DNA from: Phyllobates terribilis | Taxonomy: Eukaryota | Direction: 5' to 3' | DNA length: 64,000 bases | Assembly: GCF_046119375.1 (NCBI RefSeq) | Contig: NW_027362773.1 | Coordinates: forward strand, 187,550,001-187,614,000 | Shown here: in pieces, positions 11,542-25,686 of the stretch | Layout of the letters: every line of letters starts with the position of its first letter | Position numbering within the stretch: the stretch's first letter is position 1 | Notes under the pieces: generated by a model | Seen by the model: only the letters and a program-made list of their open reading frames with translations | The model's database searches: none | What the model was told of the DNA's origin: nothing | Made by a program: the position numbers and the translations under genes

Positions 11542-13151
11542 CAGGGGTCTCAAACTCAGCTGGGCATATGGGCCCCACACAGAAAAACATTTAATTTGGG
11601 GGGCCTCATTATTTGCATGACAACGTGACATTTTTAGTGATACAATTTTATTTTCTATACACCTTTTGAACTGGTCCTCATCTTGCACACATGGTCTCCC
11701 ATCCAGGTTCCCCATATTGCAGACATGGTCTCCCATCCAGGTCCCCCACATTGCAGACATTGTCTCCCATCCAGGTCCCCCACATTGCAGACATGGTCTC
11801 CCATCCAGGTCCCCCATATTGCAGACATGGTCTCCCATCCAGGTCCCCCATATTGCAGACATGGTTTCCCATCCAGGTCTCCCATATTGCAGACATGGTC
11901 TCCCATCCAGGTCCCCCATATTGCAGACATGGTCCCCCATATTGCAGACATGGTCTCCCATCCAGGTCCCCCATATTGCAGACATGGTCTCCCATCCAGG
12001 TCCCCCATATTGCAGACATGGTCTCCCATTCAGGTCCCCCATATTGCAGACATGGTCCCCCATATTGCAGACATGGTCTCCCATCCACATCCCCCATATT
12101 GCAGACATGGTCCTCTATCCAGGTTCCCCTATATTGCAGACATGGCCCCCCATATTGCAGACATGGCCCCCCATATTGCAGACATGGCCCCCCATATTGC
12201 AGACATGGTCCTCCATCCTTATTCTTATCTTGCAGACATGTCCCCCATCCAGGTCCCCGCCATACTGTGCACAGGGTCTGTCTGCCCCCCCCCCATACTG
12301 CGCACAGGGTCCGTCCTCCACCCCATACTGCGCACAGGGTCCGTCCCCCACCCCATACTGCGCACAGGGTCCGTCCCCCACCCCATACTGCGCACAGGGT
12401 CCGTCCCCCACCCCATACTGTGCACAGGGCCCCCCCCATACTGCGCACATTCTCCCCCTCCCCATACTGCACACAGGGTCCCCGTCCCCCCATACTGCGC
12501 ACAGGTTCCCCGTCCCCCCATACTGCGCACAGGGTCCCCGTCCCCCCATACTGCGCACAGGGTCCCCGTCCCCCCATACTGCGCACAGGGTCCCCGTCCC
12601 CCCATACTGCGCACAGGGTCCCCGTCCCCCCATACTGCGCACAGGGTCCCCGTCCCCCCATACTGCTCACAGGGTCCCCGTCCCCCCATACTGCGCTCAG
12701 GGTCCCAGCCCCCCTATACTGCGCTCAGGGTCCCCGCCCCCCCATACTGCGCTCAGGGTCCCCGCCCCCCCATACTGCGCTCAGGGTCCCCGTCCCCCCA
12801 TTACAGCGCCGACAGGAGCGCTGTAATGCAGTGTATTACCGCGCAGAGACCGGCTCTCTGCACAGCAATACCAGTGTCAGCCGCCAGGCAATCAGAGGCC
12901 AGCAGCTGACATCTGTGCATGGTAGTGATGTCATACGCCGCTGCGCTGGGACGCAGAGGTCAGCTGTTGGCCTCTGATTGGCCAGCGGCTGCCACTGGTA
13001 TTGCTGTGCAGAGAGCAGGTCTCTGCGCGGTAATACACTGCATTACAGCGCTGATGTCAGCGGCTGCTGGAGAGAGCCGCGATCGTTACGGGGTCTATGT
13101 GCCTGCGGGCCGCAAGAAGCAGCCGGAGGGGCCACGTGTTTGAGACCCCTG
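11542..13151. mobile_element. Non-autonomous hAT-type element filled with minisatellites
   Basis: 14-bp TIR CAGGGGTCTCAAAC / GTTTGAGACCCCTG; 8-bp TSD CTTTAACC / CTTTAATC (1 mismatch). Confidence 0.85.
11690..12800. repeat. Compound minisatellite: 34-bp unit (with 21-bp subunits) grading into 29-30-bp units
   Basis: CCATCCAGGTCCCCCATATTGCAGACATGGTCTC at about 11690-12250, then CCCCATACTGCGCACAGGGTCCCCGTCCC at about 12260-12800. Confidence 0.95.
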
Positions 13152-13456
13152 CTTTAATCACTCCCAAATTGAAAAGTTCCAGAGAAACAGGAGTGGTGAT
13201 GTGTTTCTATTATACTTTTCCTCTGATTGTAAGGGTGCATGCACACACTGAGTATTTGCAGAGTGTGAACAAGCCCTAACATTTACCATGTATATAAATC
13301 ACTAACAGAGGTTGTATCCTCCAGCAGATCAACACCTAGAACCGATTCATTATTGAATTTGCACCTTTTTTTTTTGTCTAGTCTAGTCTCTCTCATTTTT
13401 TTCGTCTGTTTTATAATTACGCCATATTTTTATTTTAATTTGTACTTTTTTTTTAA

Positions 13457-14733
13457 CCCTTTCACAACCTTGGGTTTTTCTGTTTTTGTGCTTTCATTTT
13501 TTGCTTCCCTTCTTCCCAGCGCCATAACTTTTTCAGTTTTCAATATGGCCATGTGAGTACATATTTTTTGCGGGATGAGTTGTCCTTTTGAATAACACCA
13601 TTAATTTTACCATATCATGTACTGGAAAACGGGAAAAAAAATTCCAAGTGCAGTGAAATTGCAAAAAAAAGTGCAATTCCACAATTTTTTTTATTTTTTT
13701 TAAATTTTCACTAATTGCTAAATCTGACCTGCCATTATGATCTTACAGGTCATTACGAGTTCGTAGACACCAAACATGTACAGGGTCTTTTTTATTTAAG
13801 TGGTGAAAAAAAAATACAAAGTTTGTAAAAAAAAAAAAGAAAAAATTGCGCCATTTTCTGAGACCCGTAGCGTCTCCATTTTTTGTGATCTGGGGCCGGG
13901 TGATGGCTTATTTTTTTTTGCGCCGAGCTAACGTTTTTATTGATACCATTTTGGGATAGATACAATATTTTGATCGCCCGTTATTACATTTTATTGCAAT
14001 GTTGCGACGACGAAAGAAACGTGATTCTGGCGTTTGGATTTTTTGTCGTTACGCCGTTTACTGATTGGAATAATTATTTTTATATAATGATAGGTCGGGC
14101 GATTATGAACTCGACGATAACAAATATGTGTATGTGTGGGGATTTTTTTACAATTGTTTTATTTTGAATGGGGCAAAAAAAGGGAGTGATTTGAACTTTT
14201 AGATTTTTTTATTTTTTTTTATATTTTTAAAAACATTTTTTTTTACTTTTCACATGCTTCAATAGTCTCCATGGGAGACAAGAAGCTGCGATCATCTGAT
14301 TGCCTGTGCTACGCATAGCAAGGTTTCAGCCTTGCTATTTGTAGCAAAAATTATCATCTGCTATGAACGCCAGCCACAGGACAGCGCTCATAGCAGATCG
14401 GCTATGACAACCACAGGGGTCTCCTGCAGACCCCAGGTTGTTATGCCAACCCATCGGCGCCCCGCGATCATGTGACAGGTGCGCTGATGGGTGGGTCTTA
14501 TGAGGCACTTCCGACTCAGCCATGTTAAATGCCGCTGTTTGAGTTTCACAGCGGCATTTAAACATGTTAACAGCCACTGGTGGATTGCGATTCCACCCGC
14601 GGCTGTTGGGGGCACATGACAGCTGATCAGATCAGCTGTCATGTGTCGGGAAAGATGCGGGCTCAGTGCCAGAGCCTGCATCAAAGGGAGGGAGACGACC
14701 TTGGATGTAACTATACGTCCAAGGCCGAAGAGA
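13457..14733. mobile_element. Non-autonomous piggyBac-type element
   Basis: TTAA-CCCTTTCACAACC left end; degenerate GGCCGAAGAGA-TTAA right end; a related partial copy lies near 24895-25640. Confidence 0.6.
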
Positions 14734-16958
14734 TTAAAGTCCAATTCAATGTAAGTTACTTTTCTGTCTTGTGATGTTTATTGACATTTTTTACATCACA
14801 TTTCTTCAAAATGGCGCACATGAATATTGAAAGTAAAAAATGCCATTATTGTTGCTGTTAACCGTTTTGCAAAATGGTGCAAAAATTGGCAACAAAAAAA
14901 AACACCCCAAAAAACTGACATACATAAAATCACTCCTGGTGGTGGAGGGGGGAGATGGAGTATATTTGCGGGAAAAAAAAATCAGATTTTTGAAAAGTCG
15001 CAAATGATGAATCAGCCGAAAACATCTGGAGACCCCATACTCTACCCAGAGTGGCGAACATAAAAATGTGGTGCAAATGAAATAATAAATCTTTTGTGAT
15101 CGTCTGTGTTTTTTTTTGTTATTATATTTGCCATTTATGGCCGTGGTTTGGAGTTTCCAGATTTTTTGGGCTGATTCATCGATTGTGAATATTTAAAAAG
15201 TCACAAAGTTTTTGAGCGAATGTTCTCCAGGTCCTCCCCATCCCTCAAAACACTTTTCTGTGCAACTGAAATTTTTGGGGATATTTTGCAACATTTCGAC
15301 GGAACGTGCAACTTTTTTGCACTTTTCTAGCGCAAAATGTCACATGTTCCATCAAAATGTTGCAACATCTAGTCAAAAAAACTCTAAAGACAAAAAAAGA
15401 GCAGTTTTGTCTTTGCGCAACTTTAAAAATTACTTGCAAAAACATCAATGAATACTAAAAGACAAGAAAAAAGAAAGTGACTTAAAAAAGAAACGCAGAT
15501 GATGAATCAGATCCTGAATGTTCATATCTGCTTTCGTCAGTTTTGTGGATCTGATTTGATTCAATTGACCATAGGGGCAAAAAAAATGGAAATGACCCAG
15601 TGCTGGATCCATCTCATGGACTGCATTGAAAAAAACATTTTTTAGAACATGCATGACGGAATTTGCCATGATGTCTCCAACATGGAAGTATACACAGCCT
15701 ATCTTTCTTACCGGGGTATGCTCAAATTTGAGAGTTGTATAGGGGACAACTTTCTGATCAGTAGGGTTCTAACTGCTGGAACCCCCATTGATACTAGGTA
15801 CTGGGGCTCTAAAGGTCGATCATACGCTCTGCCGCTCCATTCATTCTGATGAGAATATCGGAAATCTCTGGCGTTCTCACCAGAACGAATGACGCGACAG
15901 AGCGCATGATCGACTTCCACTCCATTCTGCGGGGGGCTCTTTAGAGATCGCTAAGGATCCCCAACAATCAAAATGTTATGGGATAGAGGATGACTTTGAA
16001 AATGTAAAATATCCCTTTAAATGCAATATCCAACCAGTACCTAAGGGGGTTCTAGAATTAGGAGTGCAGTACGTATTTTAGGGAGGGTCCCTATACCATC
16101 ATATGTGGTGACATTGATTACTATTTTTGCTTATTGATGCCCATAGTTCTATATTAGGACACCTTGTAAATAGCATAATGCATCAGTTATGCATTATGAA
16201 CTGGCACTTAGCGCATGTTTTATCACTAGTGTGAACGTGGTCTTAGGAACTCCAAACCAGAAAGACTTCAACATGTTTTACTCCATTTGATGTGGACATG
16301 CTAAATTTCACTTATTCCTCCCCACCGATTAACCTGTCATCAGATCTAGCACTTACCTTCTCATATTTCCCAGGTTTTCCGCCAGACGCAGCTTCATGGG
16401 CAACTAGTAACTCCCAAGGCGCTGAATCTGTATCCGTCTTGCACAAGGTTTGGTCTGTGATGTGGCAGAAAGCAAGAAGTTCTGAAACAGAAAACTCAGC
16501 GGCCGCCACCGACCGTTCCTGGATCCCCCACAACGGGTCTGAATATTTGCCAGGCTGGACATGACCGGGGAGGGAGATGACGGGGAGGAGAAGGGCACTT
16601 AAAGTGGCAGATGTCCCATCGCTGCTCCATGCAGGACCCTTCTCGGGCTTTTGTTTCCTTTGTGTGAAGCCTTTTTCTCTGCGCTGCCAAATAAGCACAT
16701 CTGGATTTCCTTCAATCTGTACATTCCATAAGCCTCTCCTCCAGAATAAAAGCCGAGGCCGAGCCAGGCGGCCGGAGGCAGGACAGGACTTGCAGCCATG
16801 TGCAACTCTACATTTCTCTTATGTCTAGTGCTGGAATATCTACAGCTATAGGGGAGCAGATGTAGCAGTCGCATCCTGACCCTGGTGCCATATAGGACAC
16901 CAGCATTATAAATGGCGCAAATATATAAGAGATTGTGCACAGGAGAATGGAGCTGTAA

Positions 16959-17576
16959 AGGGTTATTCCCGAAATATTACCCCTTATCCATGGGATGGGG
17001 ATAAAAAAGTTATCACTGGGATGTGCAGCGAACCTGAAAACGGGACTCTGGAACCCGAAGAATAAGCTCCCGTCTTGACCAGTGCACGACTGCTACGTCT
17101 GATTCCTGGGTTCTGAAGCCCCTTTCTCAGGATCACCGGGGGTCCCAGCTGTCAGATCCTCAGCGATCAGTTAGTTATCCCCTACACTATAACTTCATAT
17201 TTTGGGAATAACCTTTTAAAGGGGTTGTTCGGCCTTAGGCTACAAGTCTGCAGTTACTTTATGTGACTTGTGAATCCTCACATTGCGCGCACTGTGAACT
17301 TTGAGGATTTTCTGCTGCGTGCGAATGAAAGAATGCGATTTGCATACATCCAGTCACATGCCGACTAGACGTGCTCAACCTTGCTCATTGGAAATGCTTT
17401 GAGCGAGGCTCAACACGTCTAGTCAGAATGTGGCAGGAAGTATGCAAATTGCATTCGTGAGGTCACATTACTGCCAACTCCAGGCGCTGGCATAGGGCAA
17501 TCCTCACAGCGAACAGTGTGTGCAATGTGAGGATTCACAAGTCTGCAGATTTGCAGTCTAAGGCCAAATAACCCCT
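16959..17576. mobile_element. Two adjacent T2-type MITEs (16959-17215, 17220-17576)
   Basis: Shared TTAA at 17216-17219, TTAA at 17577-17580; the second is related to 55559-56086. Confidence 0.65.
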
Positions 17577-18987
17577 TTAAGTTGCAGCTCCAAGCTACTC
17601 AGTCAACCTAAAGGGGAAAATAAGAAAAATAAATTTTACCCCACAGGGTATGTTCACACGTAACGTTTTTTTTTCCGCATGAAAAAACGCAGGCTAATGG
17701 CAAGAAAATATACATTCAGTGTGTTTTTTTGGTGCATATTAAATCGTTTTTTGGTGCATTTTTAATGTGATTTTTTTTTTTTTATGCATTGATTGTGATC
17801 GGTACAAAAACAATTGCAGCTAAAACACTGATATTCTATGTTTTAAAAAAATCGCATCAAAGCTAAAAAACGCAAAAGGAGCAAAAGAAACAAACCATGT
17901 GCATTAATTTTGCTGCCACTGTGAAACACTGCGTTTTTTTCCGCATGAAAAAACCCCATTAAAAACACTCCGAATGAACAAGCGTTTATGCAACTGTTAA
18001 CAGTATTGTATTTGGTGCCAGGGGTCAGAAACCTGCTGTGAGACTTCATTTTAAGGTTAAGTTCCCACGATGAGTTTTTGACGCTGTAAATTTTTGCTGT
18101 GCAAAAAAAACAAAAACGCAACGTCTTACAGTTTCAGCAGAGTGGATGGGATTTCTAGAGATTCAGTTGTTATGAATTTGGCCACACACATGAGATCGCT
18201 GTTGGCCATGTGCTAGTTTGGCCAACATCTATCGTTCTTGGATCAGCCGAGCGTCCATGTTTATGTTAATGGGGGAGAGGGAAACAAGCTGTTGCCAAAC
18301 ACTTTTGGCAAAACTATATCTCCAAAGACAACAAAGAATTGGACAAGTTAATTTTTAAAGGAAAGAACATTTTAACAATTAAACTACTGCTACAGCTGTA
18401 TAGGTCATAAAACAACAATTAAAATGATACCTCTCTTGTTGTAATCCAATGTACCATCGCTGAGAAATGAGAAGTTTTTAAATCACATGCAAAATAGGCT
18501 GGAAGTGCATAGGGGGTGTGTCCACTCACACCCCCAATGCACTTCCAGGTTAATTTGCATGTGGCTTCAAAGCTAATTTTCTCAGCGATGCTACATCGGA
18601 TTTTTACAAGACAGGTATCATTTTTATTGTTGTTTTACGATCTATACAGCTGTAGCAGTAGTTTAGTCAAATCGTCCTGGCAGGTTTCTTTTTAAGAGTT
18701 CTCCACACTCATTATACCGTCACATTATCTACCTATGAGATCAGGATCAAGACACTGATGGAAAGTGAGAACGATATCCTTTTTATTACAACATTGTCTT
18801 TATAACATTTCTCTATAAAATCATTTCATAAATTTCAGAAAAAAATGTAATGTTTTCTTATTACAGAACCTTCCATATACTGCAGTGCACATAGTAATAA
18901 TAACTCAATTATGTAATGAAGCATGGAGAGCAGAGCAGACATCCCTGACCTTGTTTTTACTTCTTTTTTTGGGGGAGCAAAATTTAA

Positions 18988-19238
18988 ATGGGTATTCCCA
19001 TCTCCAGGATCCTATCCCAATATGTAGTAGGTGTAATAGTAATAATATTAGCAAATACCTCCAATTAGAAATGTAGCATAGTTCTTCTGATTAGCTATGT
19101 CACTTACCCCATGTACAGGGCATTGCAGTAGTGAATCAGGAGAACTATGCTACATTTCTAATTGGAGGTATTTGCTAATATTATTATTATTACATCTACT
19201 ACATATTAGGATAGGGTCCTGGAGATGGGAATACCCTC
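18988..19238. mobile_element. T2-type palindromic MITE
   Basis: TTAA flanks; TIR ATGGGTATTCCCATCTCCAGGATCCTATCC / GGATAGGGTCCTGGAGATGGGAATACCCT; same family at about 47419-47788. Confidence 0.7.
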
Positions 19239-21274
19239 TTAAGCTTTATAAACAGTTGTCAGAAAATGTTCACAAATATGATAAAAACCTCAGCCGTGCG
19301 CCCATCACCATGACTGCAAAAGAACTAGGATATAACAGTAAATTAATGATACATAGCCCTGAAACGCAATATCATTCACATTCGGAAATCATGAGCAGCC
19401 AATCAGAATGCATATCCCCAAGTGATGACCTTGGACCGAGCAGCAAGACCACCCATATGGGTTGCAGATTGTAGACCTGTGGTCCCGAGCCTACAGCAAT
19501 TGTGGAACTACAACCCCCAAAATGTACTGATAGCCCCCAATATATAATTTGTAGCAGTGTATGGGTGCCTGCAGCAACTGATCTCAACTCACTCTCCCCT
19601 GGTCCAACACTGAGTCTCCACATCTGCTCCCAGTGTGTGTTATTGTCTGCAACACTGACTTCATGTTGACAGCGATGCAGCCAATCCGTAAACTCTCTGT
19701 CTGTGTAGACGTCAAGAGCCGCTGAGTTCACTGATTGGCTGCAGGTCTATGACGTCAGCGCTGCAGACAATAACACACTTGGGAGCAGAGGTGGAGACTC
19801 AGCGCTGGACCAGGGGGAGTGAGTTGAGCTCAGTTTATTTGTTTAAAACAAACTGCTGACGGGGGGGGGGGGGGGAACAGGGTGTAGAGACTCAGCATTG
19901 GACCAGGGGAGAGTGCATTGAGAAGAGTTTGTGTTAACCAAACTGCAGATGAGGGCAGGGGGTGGAGACTCAGCACTGGACCAGGGGAGGGTGTGTTTAG
20001 CTAATTTTGTTTGTTTTAAACAAACTGCAGATGGAGGACAGGGGTTTTCTGAAAGTGGAAAATTCCTTTAACATTTACCGAAGTGTACAGAATGCAAAAA
20101 TGTAGAGGGCGCGCGCCCCTTCTGATGCTGGGTTATATTACCACTCCCCCAAATCCATGGCATGAAAGAACAAGCATTTGATTACCCCTAGCCTGTTTTT
20201 CCTTGCCTCGTCTAGTTCCTCACCACTCATTTGGAAACCTGATTAAAAAACATGGCTGCTATAAAAAAAACAACAACACAGTGCCACCCCTGTCCACAGG
20301 TTGAATGTGGTATTGCAGCTACGGTCAGGGGAAAGGAAACTGCCATGTTTTTCTAGCCCTAGATAAACCATATTTATGGCAAAAATGTAATTGCCTTCAA
20401 CAGAATATAAAAAATGAGGGGTCCAAATGGATCACGAAACAGACAGAACTGGCATAAAAAAGTCAAAAATCTACAGCGAGTATCAGCTCCATTATTAGGA
20501 TGAAATATGTATTCTACTACTCCAGGCTACAAATCCTCTCCAGTTTTTAAAACATACAGCGCCCCCTAGAGGAAAACTTTCATGTAACAACTAATATTCA
20601 TTTTTCAGAACAAATTACAACTTTGGTGCAATCGCTGCTAATAAGAATCATTCATTACTATTCATTACTTATTATCATTTAAATTTGGGACATTGCCGTT
20701 TTAGTTCTGTGTAAATTATTAGGCTGCAGGTTCATCATCTGATTTATACTGAAGGCTAATAAAAAAAAAATATAGGAAAACCTAGTGGAAAACTTAACAG
20801 AAGCCTATAATGGGTTTTTTTTTTTTATAAAAAAACTTGCTAAGAGAAGGGAATGGGTTAAATAAAAAATAATAAAAAAAGGTGATACCTCTACAATCCA
20901 GGCATTTTATGGCATGTCAGACATACTATCAAAATGCAGTCAATGGGGGGCTTAATTTTAACATGTGAACCTCAACAAAGGCAAGTGCTGTGGACTCTTT
21001 GGGGTTTTTTTTTTAGGCACAGCGCCTCTCATTTAAAGTGGCTGTGCTTGGTACTGCAATCTCATTTGAAGGATTTCCGCATCAAGAGGTGATGTCACAT
21101 CTACTGATATCTGCTGAGCTGTAAATTGTGATACTGTCCTATTTATTAAAATAGAACATGTGCAAGATACCTGCCCCTTGCGCACACAACCCTGCATATA
21201 TCAGTAGATGTGATGTTACTGGCCCCGCTTACCTCCCAATGCGGAAGTGAGAAAAAGACAAAATACCCCTTTAA

Positions 21275-21804
21275 AGAATAAGTAAATTTTCGTTTTTTTC
21301 CTTTAACAATTTTGTCTGGCATGGAAAGGTATAGAAATCATTTTATTAGGGGATTTGTCTTCATTCCTGTAAAAGAATGCATGTATATGGCTTCCAAACA
21401 TTGTTTTTCCCCAGTCTACTGTATTTGCTGCTTCAGTATGTACACATTTGGAGTACAGATGATGGCAGTGATGGGTCAGCTCCTGTCTATCAGCTTATCC
21501 CCAGAGTTAGGGCTCTCACAGGACCGAGTGCAGAGTCAAGTGTCATTAGCATAATCGAGCCGATTCTCTCTGGCCTTAGTGAGACACAGGTTCTGAGCTG
21601 ACCCATCACTGCCATCATCTGTACTCCAAATGTGTATGTTCTGATATCAATGCAGCAGCAGGCGGGAAAACAGACTGGAGAAAAGCCATAGTTTGGAAGC
21701 CACTTATTATATAATATTCCCTAATAAAGTGATTTGCAAAATCTCATAACTTTCTGTGCTGGACAAAGGTATGAAAAAATAAAAAATAAAAGTTTAGTTA
21801 ATCT
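21275..21804. mobile_element. T2-type MITE with long internal inverted arms
   Basis: TTAA at 21271-21274 and 21805-21808; GGAGTACAGATGATGGCAGTGATGGGTCAGCTC is inverted at about 21595-21630. Confidence 0.7.
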
Positions 21805-21961
21805 TTAAATAAACAGGACTTAGTTATATGACCAAGTACAGATCTAATGATCGTCCATCAATATCTGTCTGGTTTAAAATTACATAATATTGTTTTTATT
21901 ACTTTCTTAAGTACTTTGTTGACCTGTACTCATGTGAGTTTGTAGATGTGTGCCATATATA

Positions 21962-23526
<1,565 letters not shown>

Positions 23527-23614
23527 TAGGTAGTGCCAAAGCTATGGCAGGCTTACTATACATACTACCAAAAAAGAAATTGTTGTAACTAAACATTACA
23601 CATGTGAATATAAA

Positions 23615-23800
23615 TAATAAAGAACCTCAGCAAATATCAACAAGATAGAAACACCTCAGGACTCCAACGTACATTTCGCCAGGTGGCTTTCCCAAGGAGT
23701 ATGATATACTCTTTGAAAAAGCCGCCCGGCGAAACATACGTCGGAGTCTTGGGTATGTCTGTCAATGTCTTTGATATTTTCTGAGGTTCTTTCTTATTTG
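23615..23800. other. Inverted pair of minimal hammerhead-ribozyme-like motifs (probably a Penelope-like element terminal remnant)
   Basis: Plus copy 23708-23747 ACTCT-TTGAAAA-A-GCCG-CC-CGGC-GAAAC-ATAC-GTC-GGAGT; minus copy at 23661-23700; the inverted similarity extends about 90 bp per arm. Confidence 0.6.
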
Positions 23801-25686
23801 TAACATATCAATCCACTTGGACATTTTTTCATATGTATATTTATTAACCCTGCTGCTATATCTTTATACAGATCTGTAATTTTGTTTAGGGAAATTAACA
23901 TTATAATTGAATTATACCCACACTAAACATTTCGGTGTGAAATTCCCTTTATGTATGGCTTTTTCTCCTCTTTATGTATTTTAAATAATTTTATCCTGAT
24001 GTATTAATAAAATGTTATTTTTTATCGAATAACATTTCCTTCTTACTACACATCTGCCTCCCATTCAATTGAATAGGAAGTGGATGTGCAGTACCCTGCG
24101 GCGGCCACTACAACTTGACAGCCAAGCACCGCAGGTAAGGACTTCCGGCCACCGATAACATCTGATCGGCAGAGGTGCCGCGTGCGGGACTCCGGACGAT
24201 CATACATTGATGCTCTATCCTATGGATAGGGCATCAATGTGAAAGTAGTGGACAACCCCTTTAAGCTGCATAACAAGACAAAGCCAAATAGACAAGCAGA
24301 GTGCTGGTTCTAATTAAAAAAGCCCACTGTTTGTCTAAGCTTGTTGAAGGATATGTTTGCCTGCTTGTACTTTAGTTTAGAAATCGTTGCTATTAGGTTT
24401 CACCAAAAATTTTCCACCGTTTGCTTTCAATTGCTGACTGCAGAATGAGTTAACTGAGAATCCTTCAGTGAGATCCTTCTGACAGACAGTTTCTAACTTC
24501 TTCTGAGCTCCTCTTAGCTGATCTTAGACCACATCAAAGTGGAGACGAACTTTGTGGTCACAAATCAACTGAGAAAAGCTCAGAGAAAGACAGATAAAAG
24601 AGTTAAAAAACTCCCCGGCATAACAAGCTCACCAACAGATTCTAAGTTAACTCATTCTGCAACCAGCAGTAGAAAACTATAGGTTTTAAAAAAAAAATAA
24701 TTAACTCCAAGTGTCCATATCTGTTAAGAATAATTGTTAGGGATGTAAAAAGTGTAAATACATGGTTTAATTGGTGTATAGTTATTGGCCAGTGATTGGC
24801 TGCAGCGGTCATGTAAATGATATATGGCATGTGATCACTGCAGGAAAAAAGCAGAGACCAATGGGGATAGAAGAAGTCAGCAGAGATAATTTTTAACTCC
24901 TTTCCAAATTGGCAATTTTTCATTTTTGTGCTTTTTGCCTCCCCTTATTCCAGGAGCCATAACTTTTTGATTTTTCCTTCCACATTAGACGTATGACGGC
25001 TTGTTTTTTGCGGGACGAGTTGTAGTTTTGAATGACACCATTCATTTTATCATATAATGTACTGGAAGTGGGAGAAATCAAAAAGCGATGAAACAGCAAA
25101 AAAAAAACTATTCTGCCATGTTTTTTTTAGAATTTATTTTTACGGTGTTCATTGTGCGATAAAAATGACTGTCAGCGTGATTTTCCAGGTCAGTACAATT
25201 TATGATGATATCAAGCTTGTATGTTTTTTTTTTTTTATTTCAGTCATGAAAAAAATAATTCTGAATTTGTGAAAAAATATTGGTTTGTGTCGTCATTTCC
25301 TGAGATTTTTTTTCCTTCCATACAATTGTGTCAGGGCTTATTATTTGTATGGCGAGCTGAAGTTTCTATTGATACTATGTTTGGATATATACAATGTTTT
25401 GATTGCTTTTTATTACATTTTTTGAGGGAAGAGGTGGCGACTGAAAAGACCCCGATCCTGGCATTTCTATTGTTTTTTTTTCTTCTCTTTACGGGGTTTA
25501 TTGTACAGGTTAATTAAACTTATATTTTGATAGAATTTTAAAGAAGCCACGATAAGAAATATGCATAAGATTTTTTTATTTCTTTATTCTTAAAGGGGGC
25601 GATTTTAAATAAATATATATATTTATTTATTTTTATTTTAAAGGGGGTAATTTAAATATATGTATGTATGTGTGTGTATGTATATA

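Noticed and set aside
11536-12977. Long overlapping ORFs of 124-428 aa in all frames
   Set aside because: Artefacts of stop-poor minisatellite units.
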